A stretch of DNA of 35,620 nt. Origin: a virus. Taxonomy: Duplodnaviria > Caudoviricetes. Shown here in pieces: positions 27,131-34,095 of this stretch; within the stretch, counting starts at the first letter, position 1, and the number at the start of each line of letters is the position of its first letter. A program made the position numbers and the translations under genes. The stretch spans positions 1 to 35,620 of IMG/VR virus record IMGVR_UViG_3300032162_000004. One strand, written 5' to 3'. The notes under the pieces were generated by a model, which searched no databases, was not told where the DNA came from, and saw only the letters and a list, made by a program, of their open reading frames with translations.

Positions 27131-27372
27131 CCGGCCAAAGGCTCACGATCTGACTTACATCCCGGTGGATCGGGGTGAAGCTTGGGCAGAAGACTGCGCC
27201 ATTCTAACCGTGTCGGACGGGTGAATAGGTAGCAGGCGCCTATGATTTCGTCAACGTCAAACTGAAACTTTCGCGCATCAATCGCGATGTTGGCCAAAGC
27301 GTTGTATTCTGGACGACCCTTGCGTTGAAGCGCGTGGATCATTTTGCCGACGCGGCTCATTTGCAGCGTCAT
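27121..27372 (-). CDS. Hypothetical protein
   Basis: Continues the ATGA-coupled chain. Confidence 0.45.
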   Translation of the reverse strand: MTLQMSRVGKMIHALQRKGRPEYNALANIAIDARKFQFDVDEIIGACYLFTRPTRLEWRSLLPKLHPDPPGCKSDREPLAGLP

Positions 27373-27422
27373 GCTTGTATCTCAACCGCGACCGCGCAAG
27401 AGATTTTTGCGATGATGCTCAT
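27369..27422 (-). CDS. Candidate 17-aa coupled mini-ORF
   Basis: ATGA overlaps at both ends; MSIIAKISCAVAVEIQA. Confidence 0.4.
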   Translation of the reverse strand: MSIIAKISCAVAVEIQA

Positions 27423-27844
27423 GTGTTCCTCCAGTCGTTGGGAGTTTGCATCATCTTTGCCTGAGCGGATCGGCTTGTCGCCGATTGCGCTGCCCGCTCC
27501 CGCGCATCGGCTTTAGCCTGCAGCTTGTCCAGATACGGCATGTGCTCCAGCGCCGCGTCGGCCATGCGCCAGAACTGCGACAAGCCAGGCGACCCTTGCT
27601 CGGCGCGAAGCCTGGTCAGTGCGACCTTCCAAGTAACGCCCACGCCGGCACTGTCCATGCTGGCTACAAGTAGTGCGGCAGCCATGCTCTCGCGCTTGGT
27701 AACGGGTGGTTCTGATTGAGGCTGCTGATCCAATGCAGTTACCAAAGCAGCAATCGCAAGCCCAATGCCGGGGATCAGAACCGGCACCTCCGCCACCCGG
27801 AGCAACGCATCCCGTGCCAGTTCCATAGCCTGTCGTTCGTTCAT
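27419..27844 (-). CDS. Hypothetical protein
   Basis: ATGA overlap; helical composition. Confidence 0.65.
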   Translation of the reverse strand: MNERQAMELARDALLRVAEVPVLIPGIGLAIAALVTALDQQPQSEPPVTKRESMAAALLVASMDSAGVGVTWKVALTRLRAEQGSPGLSQFWRMADAALEHMPYLDKLQAKADARERAAQSATSRSAQAKMMQTPNDWRNT

Positions 27845-28065
27845 GCCCGTTCCCCCGTCATCTGCACCGCCCCAACCCGCTCAACCCAGACCTCCCAGTG
27901 GCCGTTCGTGTGCTGCATCCACCACAGGCCGCACGCGGGCGGCGTCCTGGACGGGGCTGGGCGGGTTCTGAGCACTGTCCGGTCCTCCCCTACATCCCCA
28001 GACCCAAGACCACCCTCAGCGGCTTCCTGGCGCGGTTTGCGGGCCACGTTGGCGGTGGGGGTCAT
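27841..28065 (-). CDS. Hypothetical protein
   Basis: ATG at 28065 overlaps the upstream TGA. Confidence 0.55.
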   Translation of the reverse strand: MTPTANVARKPRQEAAEGGLGSGDVGEDRTVLRTRPAPSRTPPACGLWWMQHTNGHWEVWVERVGAVQMTGERA

Positions 28066-28253
28066 AGCGCACCCAGGATTTCGATGACCGCGGACAGCAC
28101 GACCACCGAGCCGAGCATCGCCCAGGCCGAACTGAGCGTCCAACTGCGCGGGCGTAAAGCGGCGATGAACAGCCAGGCCGATACTGCGGCTAGTGTGAAC
28201 AGCGGGAAGAGCAGCCCTAGTGTGCCGTGGTGAAACATCAGGGTGATGGTCAC
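28062..28253 (-). CDS. Small membrane protein with two hydrophobic segments
   Basis: GTGA overlap; LGLLFPLFTLAAVSAWLFIAAL and AWAMLGSVVVLSAVIEIL. Confidence 0.6.
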   Translation of the reverse strand: MTITLMFHHGTLGLLFPLFTLAAVSAWLFIAALRPRSWTLSSAWAMLGSVVVLSAVIEILGAL

Positions 28254-28471
28254 TCGTCGTCTCCGTTGCACAGCCCGGCCAGATGGTTCGCATACGCCTG
28301 TGCGGTCTTGAGATCGGCATGCTCCCATTCCAGCGATGTCCGGCCGGCGCGGATGATCACGCGCGGCGGGATTTTCTTGTCGCCGAACTCAAGACCTGCG
28401 TGAGCCACGACCGACGTGACGCTGCCAGGGTTGATCCAGGTGCCGTCGCCGAGTTGGATCAGGTGGCTCAT
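28250..28471 (-). CDS. Hypothetical protein
   Basis: ATGA overlap; LIQLGDGTWINPGSVTSV. Confidence 0.65.
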   Translation of the reverse strand: MSHLIQLGDGTWINPGSVTSVVAHAGLEFGDKKIPPRVIIRAGRTSLEWEHADLKTAQAYANHLAGLCNGDDE

Positions 28472-28665
28472 GGGTTCGTCTCCACCCAGGCGTGCCCTGC
28501 GGGGGCAACCTGCCAGCCAGACCCAGTCTGCCATTCCAAGAACCCGTTCTCGGCCAACCAGGAGCGGTCATTGTTGGCACTGGTAGTGGTCTCGCCGCGG
28601 CGCTTGATGTTGTAGACCATCCGCAGTTGCAGTGACTGCGCCGTCGTCAGCAGCACGGTGCTCAC
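28468..28665 (-). CDS. Small winged-helix-like protein, paralogue of the next gene
   Basis: GTGA overlap; LTTAQ..LR..Y...LAENGFLE...WQVAPAGHAW. Confidence 0.6.
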   Translation of the reverse strand: MSTVLLTTAQSLQLRMVYNIKRRGETTTSANNDRSWLAENGFLEWQTGSGWQVAPAGHAWVETNP

Positions 28666-28859
28666 AGGTTCGCCTCCAGCCAATCCAGTCCCGCCTGCGT
28701 GACGTGCCAGTCGTTCCTGCCGCGGTTCTCCAGCAGCCCTAGTCCAGCGAGCGCGACGCGTGCCGATGGCCGCTGGTATTCCAGGAACTGCTCACTTGGT
28801 GCGGCATAGATCTTCCGCAGCATCTCGGCCTGGGGTGTCGTCAGGCGTGCGTTGGTCAT
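28662..28859 (-). CDS. Small winged-helix-like protein
   Basis: ATGA overlap; LTTPQ..LR..Y...LAGLGLLE...WHVTQAGLDW. Confidence 0.62.
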   Translation of the reverse strand: MTNARLTTPQAEMLRKIYAAPSEQFLEYQRPSARVALAGLGLLENRGRNDWHVTQAGLDWLEANL

Positions 28860-29116
28860 AGCCCGAGCGCCTTCCGGGTGTCCGCCAGCAGTTCGGGCAC
28901 TTTTAACGGGTCCAGTGCCATCCAGCGCAGCAGCAGCAGCTTGCGCTCCTCGGCTTCGCGCATGAAAGCCAGCGTGTTCCGAAGTTGGCCTTCGTGGGCA
29001 ATGCGTGCGTTGTCCCGTTCGCTCAGGGCCGCATCCCGCTCAGCCGAAACCTGTTGCTCCAACTCAGCCACGGCCTTGTGCAGCCGAACGTTCAGCACTG
29101 GCATACGCGCGCTCAT
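28856..29116 (-). CDS. Hypothetical coiled-coil protein
   Basis: ATGA overlaps; heptad-like composition. Confidence 0.65.
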   Translation of the reverse strand: MSARMPVLNVRLHKAVAELEQQVSAERDAALSERDNARIAHEGQLRNTLAFMREAEERKLLLLRWMALDPLKVPELLADTRKALGL

Positions 29117-29526
29117 GCCAGCGCCTCCCGTGCAGCGATGACAGCGCGCGCCTCGTCATCGCTGGTCTTTTCAGACCTGCCACCAACGGTAGGAGCCACG
29201 CCTGGCCACGCTTCAAGAATTGCCCACACCTTCGTCGGCAGGTCCGGGTCCGTCTGCTGCCACCCATCCGGCAGGTCAAACAGCGTCCAGTCGCCACACC
29301 GCGCGATCTTGGACGCGACCGGCATCACCATGGAAACCGTGCCCTGCATTTTGCAGATCATGGAACCTGAGCCGATGTGCGTCAGACTCCAGCGCGTGTT
29401 CTGCTTCGGCGTGGCCCAGCCGTCATGCGCCAGGCCGAGGCCGCGCATGACGTAACCGGATCGCACGTCAGGACCGTGGGCCATGGCGACCCAAAACGTG
29501 CCTGGGGTCCAGATGTCCCCGCTCAT
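29113..29526 (-). CDS. Hypothetical protein
   Basis: ATG at 29526 (MSGDIW); WSLTHIGSG motif. Confidence 0.65.
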   Translation of the reverse strand: MSGDIWTPGTFWVAMAHGPDVRSGYVMRGLGLAHDGWATPKQNTRWSLTHIGSGSMICKMQGTVSMVMPVASKIARCGDWTLFDLPDGWQQTDPDLPTKVWAILEAWPGVAPTVGGRSEKTSDDEARAVIAAREALA

Positions 29527-29573
29527 GCCGCCCGAGCCTCGCGCACGGCGCTGTCGAAGGAGGCCACGCTCAT
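29523..29573 (-). CDS. Candidate 16-aa coupled mini-ORF
   Basis: ATGA overlaps at both ends; MSVASFDSAVREARAA. Confidence 0.45.
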   Translation of the reverse strand: MSVASFDSAVREARAA

Positions 29574-30247
29574 GCCCACCCCCCCCGATCCGTGACCACA
29601 ACGCCCGGCCGTTCCAGCGCCTTGCCCCGAATGCGCGCCAGCTCCTCGCCCTTGGCCGTCACATCCCGCATCGGCATGGGGGCTTGGACAACCTCGTATC
29701 GCGGCTGACCAGCCACCGGCTCTGGCCGCAGCAGCCGCGCGACGTAGGCGACCGCAGCCTCAGACGGGTAGCCCGTGATGACGGCCGGACCGTCGCCGCT
29801 GATGGCCGACCAAGCCTTCGCAGACTTCTCTCGGACCAGGCTGGACACGTTGGCGAGCGACGCTTCCGCGGCAGCTTGGCTCACGTCCTGCGCGAAGATT
29901 TCCGCCCGGCGCTTGTGCCAGAACGCGATCCACGAGCGGTCCATCGCATCCAGGCCCTGCACGACGGGGCCGGCGATCTGCGGTGCTGATGCAGGCCGGT
30001 GAGCGTCCCACCATGCGTGCAGCGCCTTCCGCACGTCGTCGTAGGCCGGGAAGAACCGCTGACCCTGCACTGCGGCGTGTAGCGAGTCCGAGGTGAACGC
30101 TGCCGATGGAAAACCGTCCTTGGCGAGCATCCCGGCCATCAGCGCGATTCGGTCGGCGTTGACGGGTTCAGAGCCGGCAACAGTGAGGTTCGCCAGGCCC
30201 TCCAGCCAGCGGATGATGCGCGGGTCGGCGTTAGTTGAGGCGGACAT
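29570..30247 (-). CDS. Hypothetical protein in the replication P / helicase-loader position
   Basis: Directly downstream of the initiator; RFFPAYDDV motif. Confidence 0.6.
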   Translation of the reverse strand: MSASTNADPRIIRWLEGLANLTVAGSEPVNADRIALMAGMLAKDGFPSAAFTSDSLHAAVQGQRFFPAYDDVRKALHAWWDAHRPASAPQIAGPVVQGLDAMDRSWIAFWHKRRAEIFAQDVSQAAAEASLANVSSLVREKSAKAWSAISGDGPAVITGYPSEAAVAYVARLLRPEPVAGQPRYEVVQAPMPMRDVTAKGEELARIRGKALERPGVVVTDRGGWA

Positions 30248-31148
30248 GGGAAGCCTCCCCGTCAAGGGTTACAGGGCTGTCAAGGTCGTCCATCACGTCA
30301 AAGCGGCTCTGGATGCCGAGCTTGCGGCGGCGCTCCTCGGAGTGCGTTTCCCGGCGCTGCGGCAGTTGTGTCGGACGTGCCTGCATCGGCTCGTCCTTCC
30401 ACCGTCCAGCCCGTAGCCATGACGCCGGAAGCGGGATGTAAGTTGGATCGGTGTTGAACCGGAAACGGGCAAGTCCAGCCATGATTTCAGCTACGCCGAC
30501 CCCATGCGAGATGACGGAACGCCAAGCTTTCAGGCCGTCGTCGGACGCCTCGTGGCGCGGATAGGCGGCGTAAAACGCGGCGAACTCAGGATCAGCTTTC
30601 GCGGCTCGGGATCGGACGAGTGAGCGAAGCGAACGGTCTTCTTTCTTTTCTTCTGGTGAAGGTGAAGGTGGCACGCCCGCGTAAGGGCATGGCGTTTGCA
30701 CATCCAAACGTGATGCATTTGCAGATGCATATGCATCATCATTTGCATGTCCATCTGCATCGACTGAACCGCCGTTTTCACCCCCTCCTGTATCTCCTTT
30801 TGCAGCCTGCTTGCGCCGCTGTTCCTTCCAACGAAGGTCAGCAGCGGCCCGCTTCTTGGCGCTGTTCTCGTCGGCATCAAAACGCTCGGCATCCAAGCGC
30901 TTCTGGCGCAGCTTGCCATCAGCGGCGGTGAAGAACCCGCGCACGATGAGTCCGGTGTCCGCCGTCCAAGTCTTTCGATCCACCCGCGCGATGCCAGCCA
31001 ACGCCCGATCATCATCCGGCAGTGGACCATTGCGCCAGTAGTGCATGAGCAGCAGCAGGTATGCCCCATGCTCCCGCGCCTCAAGGTGCATGGTATCGGC
31101 CAGATAGTCCCCGATGTAGAGGGGCATCCAGGTTGCAGTTTTGCTCAT
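30231..31148 (-). CDS. DUF1376 (YdaU-like) replication initiator
   Basis: WMPLYIGDYLADTMHL...HGAYLLLLMHYW; C-terminal FAAFYAAYPR...PASWLRAGRWKD. Confidence 0.88.
   Translation of the reverse strand: MSKTATWMPLYIGDYLADTMHLEAREHGAYLLLLMHYWRNGPLPDDDRALAGIARVDRKTWTADTGLIVRGFFTAADGKLRQKRLDAERFDADENSAKKRAAADLRWKEQRRKQAAKGDTGGGENGGSVDADGHANDDAYASANASRLDVQTPCPYAGVPPSPSPEEKKEDRSLRSLVRSRAAKADPEFAAFYAAYPRHEASDDGLKAWRSVISHGVGVAEIMAGLARFRFNTDPTYIPLPASWLRAGRWKDEPMQARPTQLPQRRETHSEERRRKLGIQSRFDVMDDLDSPVTLDGEASHVRLN
30637..30765. other. Putative replication origin inside the initiator gene
   Basis: Dense TGCA/ATGCAT/TTTGCA repeats at about 30695-30760 next to a T/C tract at 30637-30654. Confidence 0.55.
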
Positions 31149-31690
31149 TGCAGCCACTCCTGCACGAGCCTTCGGCCCTTGCGGCGATTACAGTCGCGGC
31201 AAGCCGCAACGAGATTGCTAGGATCGGTGATGCCGCCGTTCGCCACCGCAAGAACGTGGTCGCACTCAATGGGGCCACTGGTGTCAGCGCAGTACCGGCA
31301 CGCGTATCCATCCCGGCGCAACACCAGTGCGCGCATGGCGCGCCAGGCTGCGAACGTCACACCCGTTCCGCGTTCGGCCCATGTCTTTGCGGTGCGCTGA
31401 CGCCGCCAAAACTCTAGGTGACGCGCGATGGAGCGTGCGCTGGGAAACGGTAGCCCGTGCCGCCCAAGATGCCGGCAGCAGAAAACCCCGTGTTCCACCT
31501 GCATGAACAGGCCCGCCTGTAGCGGCGCCGCGATCTCGCCCCAGGTCGTAAACAGGCCGGGAATGGTGAAAAACCCAGGCCCGTCTGACATAGACCAAGC
31601 CCGAATGACGGTCAGTCTGTCATTGTCCGTCAGCGAGTTGAATCTCTCGTCCTGCCATAAGGCGGGATGAATGCTGCGGACGCGGCTCAC
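31145..31690 (-). CDS. HNH endonuclease with a replication-protein-like N-terminus
   Basis: RRDGYACRYC...ECDHV...GG...NLVAACRDCN; N-terminus SRVRSIHPALWQDE. Confidence 0.85.
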   Translation of the reverse strand: MSRVRSIHPALWQDERFNSLTDNDRLTVIRAWSMSDGPGFFTIPGLFTTWGEIAAPLQAGLFMQVEHGVFCCRHLGRHGLPFPSARSIARHLEFWRRQRTAKTWAERGTGVTFAAWRAMRALVLRRDGYACRYCADTSGPIECDHVLAVANGGITDPSNLVAACRDCNRRKGRRLVQEWLQ

Positions 31691-32061
31691 TGTCCGCGGC
31701 CCTTCATCGCCGCAGCGATCATCGCGCGGCAGTCGGCATCCACTTGGTTCAAGAAGGCCGCGATCTCATCGCGGGGCACACCATCAGCCAGAGCCTGGCG
31801 GCACAGCTCAAGTAGCTGCGCACGGCTTGCTTGGACGGCTAGATGAGCCACGGTTTTTGGGAACAAGTTGCGCGGAGACGCGCCTCGCGGTATGCGAGTG
31901 TCGTTGTCAGCCATCACCTCGATCCTTCCGAGTGGGTGGTCAGGCCGGGAACAACACTCGACGCCAATCGAGTGCCCGGCCGCCCTGCATGAGGCAGGGC
32001 AACCAAAGTTATACCTTGAATCACCGCAGCACGGCAACAGGTCCGGGAGCCTAGCGCTCAT
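31687..32061 (-). CDS. Hypothetical protein
   Basis: Coupled at both ends; Cys-rich N-terminus. Confidence 0.55.
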   Translation of the reverse strand: MSARLPDLLPCCGDSRYNFGCPASCRAAGHSIGVECCSRPDHPLGRIEVMADNDTRIPRGASPRNLFPKTVAHLAVQASRAQLLELCRQALADGVPRDEIAAFLNQVDADCRAMIAAAMKGRGQ

Positions 32062-32282
32062 TCAGCCACATCCCGCAGCAGCCGCGCCCGGTCCGGCGTC
32101 ACCCCATGCCGCGCGACGATGACCAGCCGGCGCTTGCCATACCAGTCCTCCTCGACGATCTTGATGAGGAGCTGCTGGCCGGTGCGGTCCTCGATGTGGC
32201 CCTGGAAATACGGACCCTGCTTGGACAGCTCGGCCTGGCCGACGTAATCGGCTTTCCGACGGTCATCGCTGGTTATGGTCAT
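32058..32282 (-). CDS. Hypothetical protein
   Basis: ATG at 32282 overlaps the RuvC-like stop. Confidence 0.6.
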   Translation of the reverse strand: MTITSDDRRKADYVGQAELSKQGPYFQGHIEDRTGQQLLIKIVEEDWYGKRRLVIVARHGVTPDRARLLRDVAE

Positions 32283-32767
32283 GCGGCGACCGCCCGCACA
32301 GGCACCTTCTCGACGCAGCACAGCAGCCCCGCCGCATCGGCTGCGTGCTCACTGTCCGGCCACCACCCGCGAGCCTGCACAGCCGCCATCACTGCAGCAT
32401 CCATACGCCGGTCGCGCGCCGCCTTGGACGGCTCGACGGCCTTGCTAATGGTGCCGAACCCCAACAGCCACTTGCGGACCTCACCAGGTGAGCGATCCGT
32501 GCGGTTGATGCTGCGCGCCCAGGCTGCGGCGTGCGCCACGCCCTCCATCGCCGTCTTGAGTCTGCCGCTGGCATTGTTCCCGCCATACCCGCGCTCGACG
32601 GCGAGATAGATCAGCGGCTCCTCATCCAGCATCGCGTCAATCCAGTCCGAGAATAGGGCGAGGGCCTGGCCGTGGTCTGCGATGCCGCGCACGCTGAACA
32701 TGCCGCTCCGCCCGTGGGGGCGTGCCCAGCCAACGCTGGTGCCGATGTCGAGGGCTAGGACGGTCAC
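32279..32767 (-). CDS. RuvC-like Holliday junction resolvase
   Basis: VLALDIGTSVGWA, LAVE, SPGEVRKWLLG and EHAADA. Confidence 0.8.
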   Translation of the reverse strand: MTVLALDIGTSVGWARPHGRSGMFSVRGIADHGQALALFSDWIDAMLDEEPLIYLAVERGYGGNNASGRLKTAMEGVAHAAAWARSINRTDRSPGEVRKWLLGFGTISKAVEPSKAARDRRMDAAVMAAVQARGWWPDSEHAADAAGLLCCVEKVPVRAVAA

Positions 32768-32773
32768 GCCGGC

Positions 32774-33076
32774 CTACATCCCAAGCGCGCGGCGATACAC
32801 GTCCAGCAGGCTCTCCTGCTCAGCCACATCCGCCGGCTCCTGCTTGCGGATGCTGATGACGGCGCGGATCACCTTACAGTCAAAGCCAGCACTCTTCGCC
32901 TCGGCAAAGATGTACTTGATGTCGGAACCAAACGCCTTGCGCCCCTCCTCCAGCCGCTCGACCCGCTCAATCAAGGACCTCAGCCGGACCGCCGCGATGC
33001 CCTGCGTGGCAGCGTCCCGCGCATCGTTCTCCGGGTGCGTGCCGAGTACATCGGCCTCAATATCAAGCTGGGTCAT
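32774..33076 (-). CDS. gapR: GapR (DUF2312) nucleoid-associated protein homologue
   Basis: LRSLIERVERLEE.RK....DIK.IFAEAKSAGFD.KVIR...IRK...YRRALGM; GGAGG RBS before 33076. Confidence 0.92.
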   Translation of the reverse strand: MTQLDIEADVLGTHPENDARDAATQGIAAVRLRSLIERVERLEEGRKAFGSDIKYIFAEAKSAGFDCKVIRAVISIRKQEPADVAEQESLLDVYRRALGM

Positions 33077-33184
33077 GGACGCCTCCAGTTGTTGAGTTTG
33101 CGGGATCACGCCTCAAGCGCCAAGCGGAACGACTTAGGCTTGCACCACAACGATCGCATGGAACATTGATTGAGTTACTGGCGG

Positions 33185-33733
33185 TCAAACCCTGCGCCTC
33201 CAGAAAAGAATGCCAACCACCGGCAAGAAAAGAACTGCTAGGCTTGATGGTTCGGGCACCGGCTGCGGGGCGACGTCCAGTTGCTCGGTATTTCCGAGGA
33301 GGTGCCCCGATCCGGCGCTGGGCGCACTCGGCTGCACATGCGTTCCAACATCGCGGGCGGCTCTCCCAGGGGCAGCCGATACTCCCGCTATACCCAGCGC
33401 CGGCACCTCTCTGTCTGAGGGAGAGGGTCCGAACCCGCCCGCGCCGAACCCCGATCCGAACGGCGCATATCCGGCATCGCCGAACCCAAATCCCGGCCCG
33501 CCCAGCGCATACGCCCCGCCGCCGAACGCATCGGGCTGGCCGATCAGGGGCAGCACCGGCGCCAAGGCACGCGCGGGCAGCGTCGCTACGGCAGGCCCGG
33601 CCAAGAGCGGCAACGCCAGCGCCCCGGCACGCGAGCACGGCCAGACGATGGAACGCGCGATCTCCGCCGGGCCGACATGCCGGTAAAACTGCCAGACGCG
33701 GACGCAATCGATGGTGGTATACCGCCAGGCCAT
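33185..33733 (-). CDS. PEP-CTERM sorting-domain protein
   Basis: C-terminus VPEPSS + hydrophobic LAVLFLPVVGILFW + RRRV; ATG at 33733 in a TGATG overlap. Confidence 0.85.
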   Translation of the reverse strand: MAWRYTTIDCVRVWQFYRHVGPAEIARSIVWPCSRAGALALPLLAGPAVATLPARALAPVLPLIGQPDAFGGGAYALGGPGFGFGDAGYAPFGSGFGAGGFGPSPSDREVPALGIAGVSAAPGRAARDVGTHVQPSAPSAGSGHLLGNTEQLDVAPQPVPEPSSLAVLFLPVVGILFWRRRV

Positions 33734-34095
33734 CAAACCGGCACCCCAGCCGCCATCCAATACCCCTGCCCCCGCGCCGACCGGATCAGCGGCTGCCCGT
33801 AGCGATCCGCCGGCAGCTTCTTGCGCAGGTTGAACACGAGCTGGTCCACGCTGCGATCCAGGCCGAGCTTGTCCCGGTTCAGCGTCCGGTGCAGCGCCGT
33901 CAGGCTCAGCACATCTCGCTGAACAGGCTTGCCGTTTGCCAGCGCGAGCGTCTCAAGCAGCAGGTATTCGGCATATGTGAGAGGCAGCGTCTCGTGTCCC
34001 ACCGTGGCCCGGCGCCGGACGGTGTCCACGAGCACGGCGTCAATCAGCAGGCGTGCGGGGCGCTCCGGCTGCAACGGGAGGGTGAGAGCCGTCAT
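33733..34095 (-). CDS. Stand-alone OmpR/PhoB-type winged-helix DNA-binding protein (no receiver domain)
   Basis: LTYAEYLLLETL...DRSVDQLVFNLRKKL...IRSARGQGY; ATGA overlap with the MTase stop. Confidence 0.85.
   Translation of the reverse strand: MTALTLPLQPERPARLLIDAVLVDTVRRRATVGHETLPLTYAEYLLLETLALANGKPVQRDVLSLTALHRTLNRDKLGLDRSVDQLVFNLRKKLPADRYGQPLIRSARGQGYWMAAGVPV

Noticed and set aside
28062-28253. Holin call for the small two-TM protein
   Set aside because: Lies in the early region with no endolysin nearby
33733-34095. CtrA assignment for the wHTH protein
   Set aside because: Recognition helix DRSVDQLVFNLR is OmpR-like, not the CtrA KIIDVFICKLR
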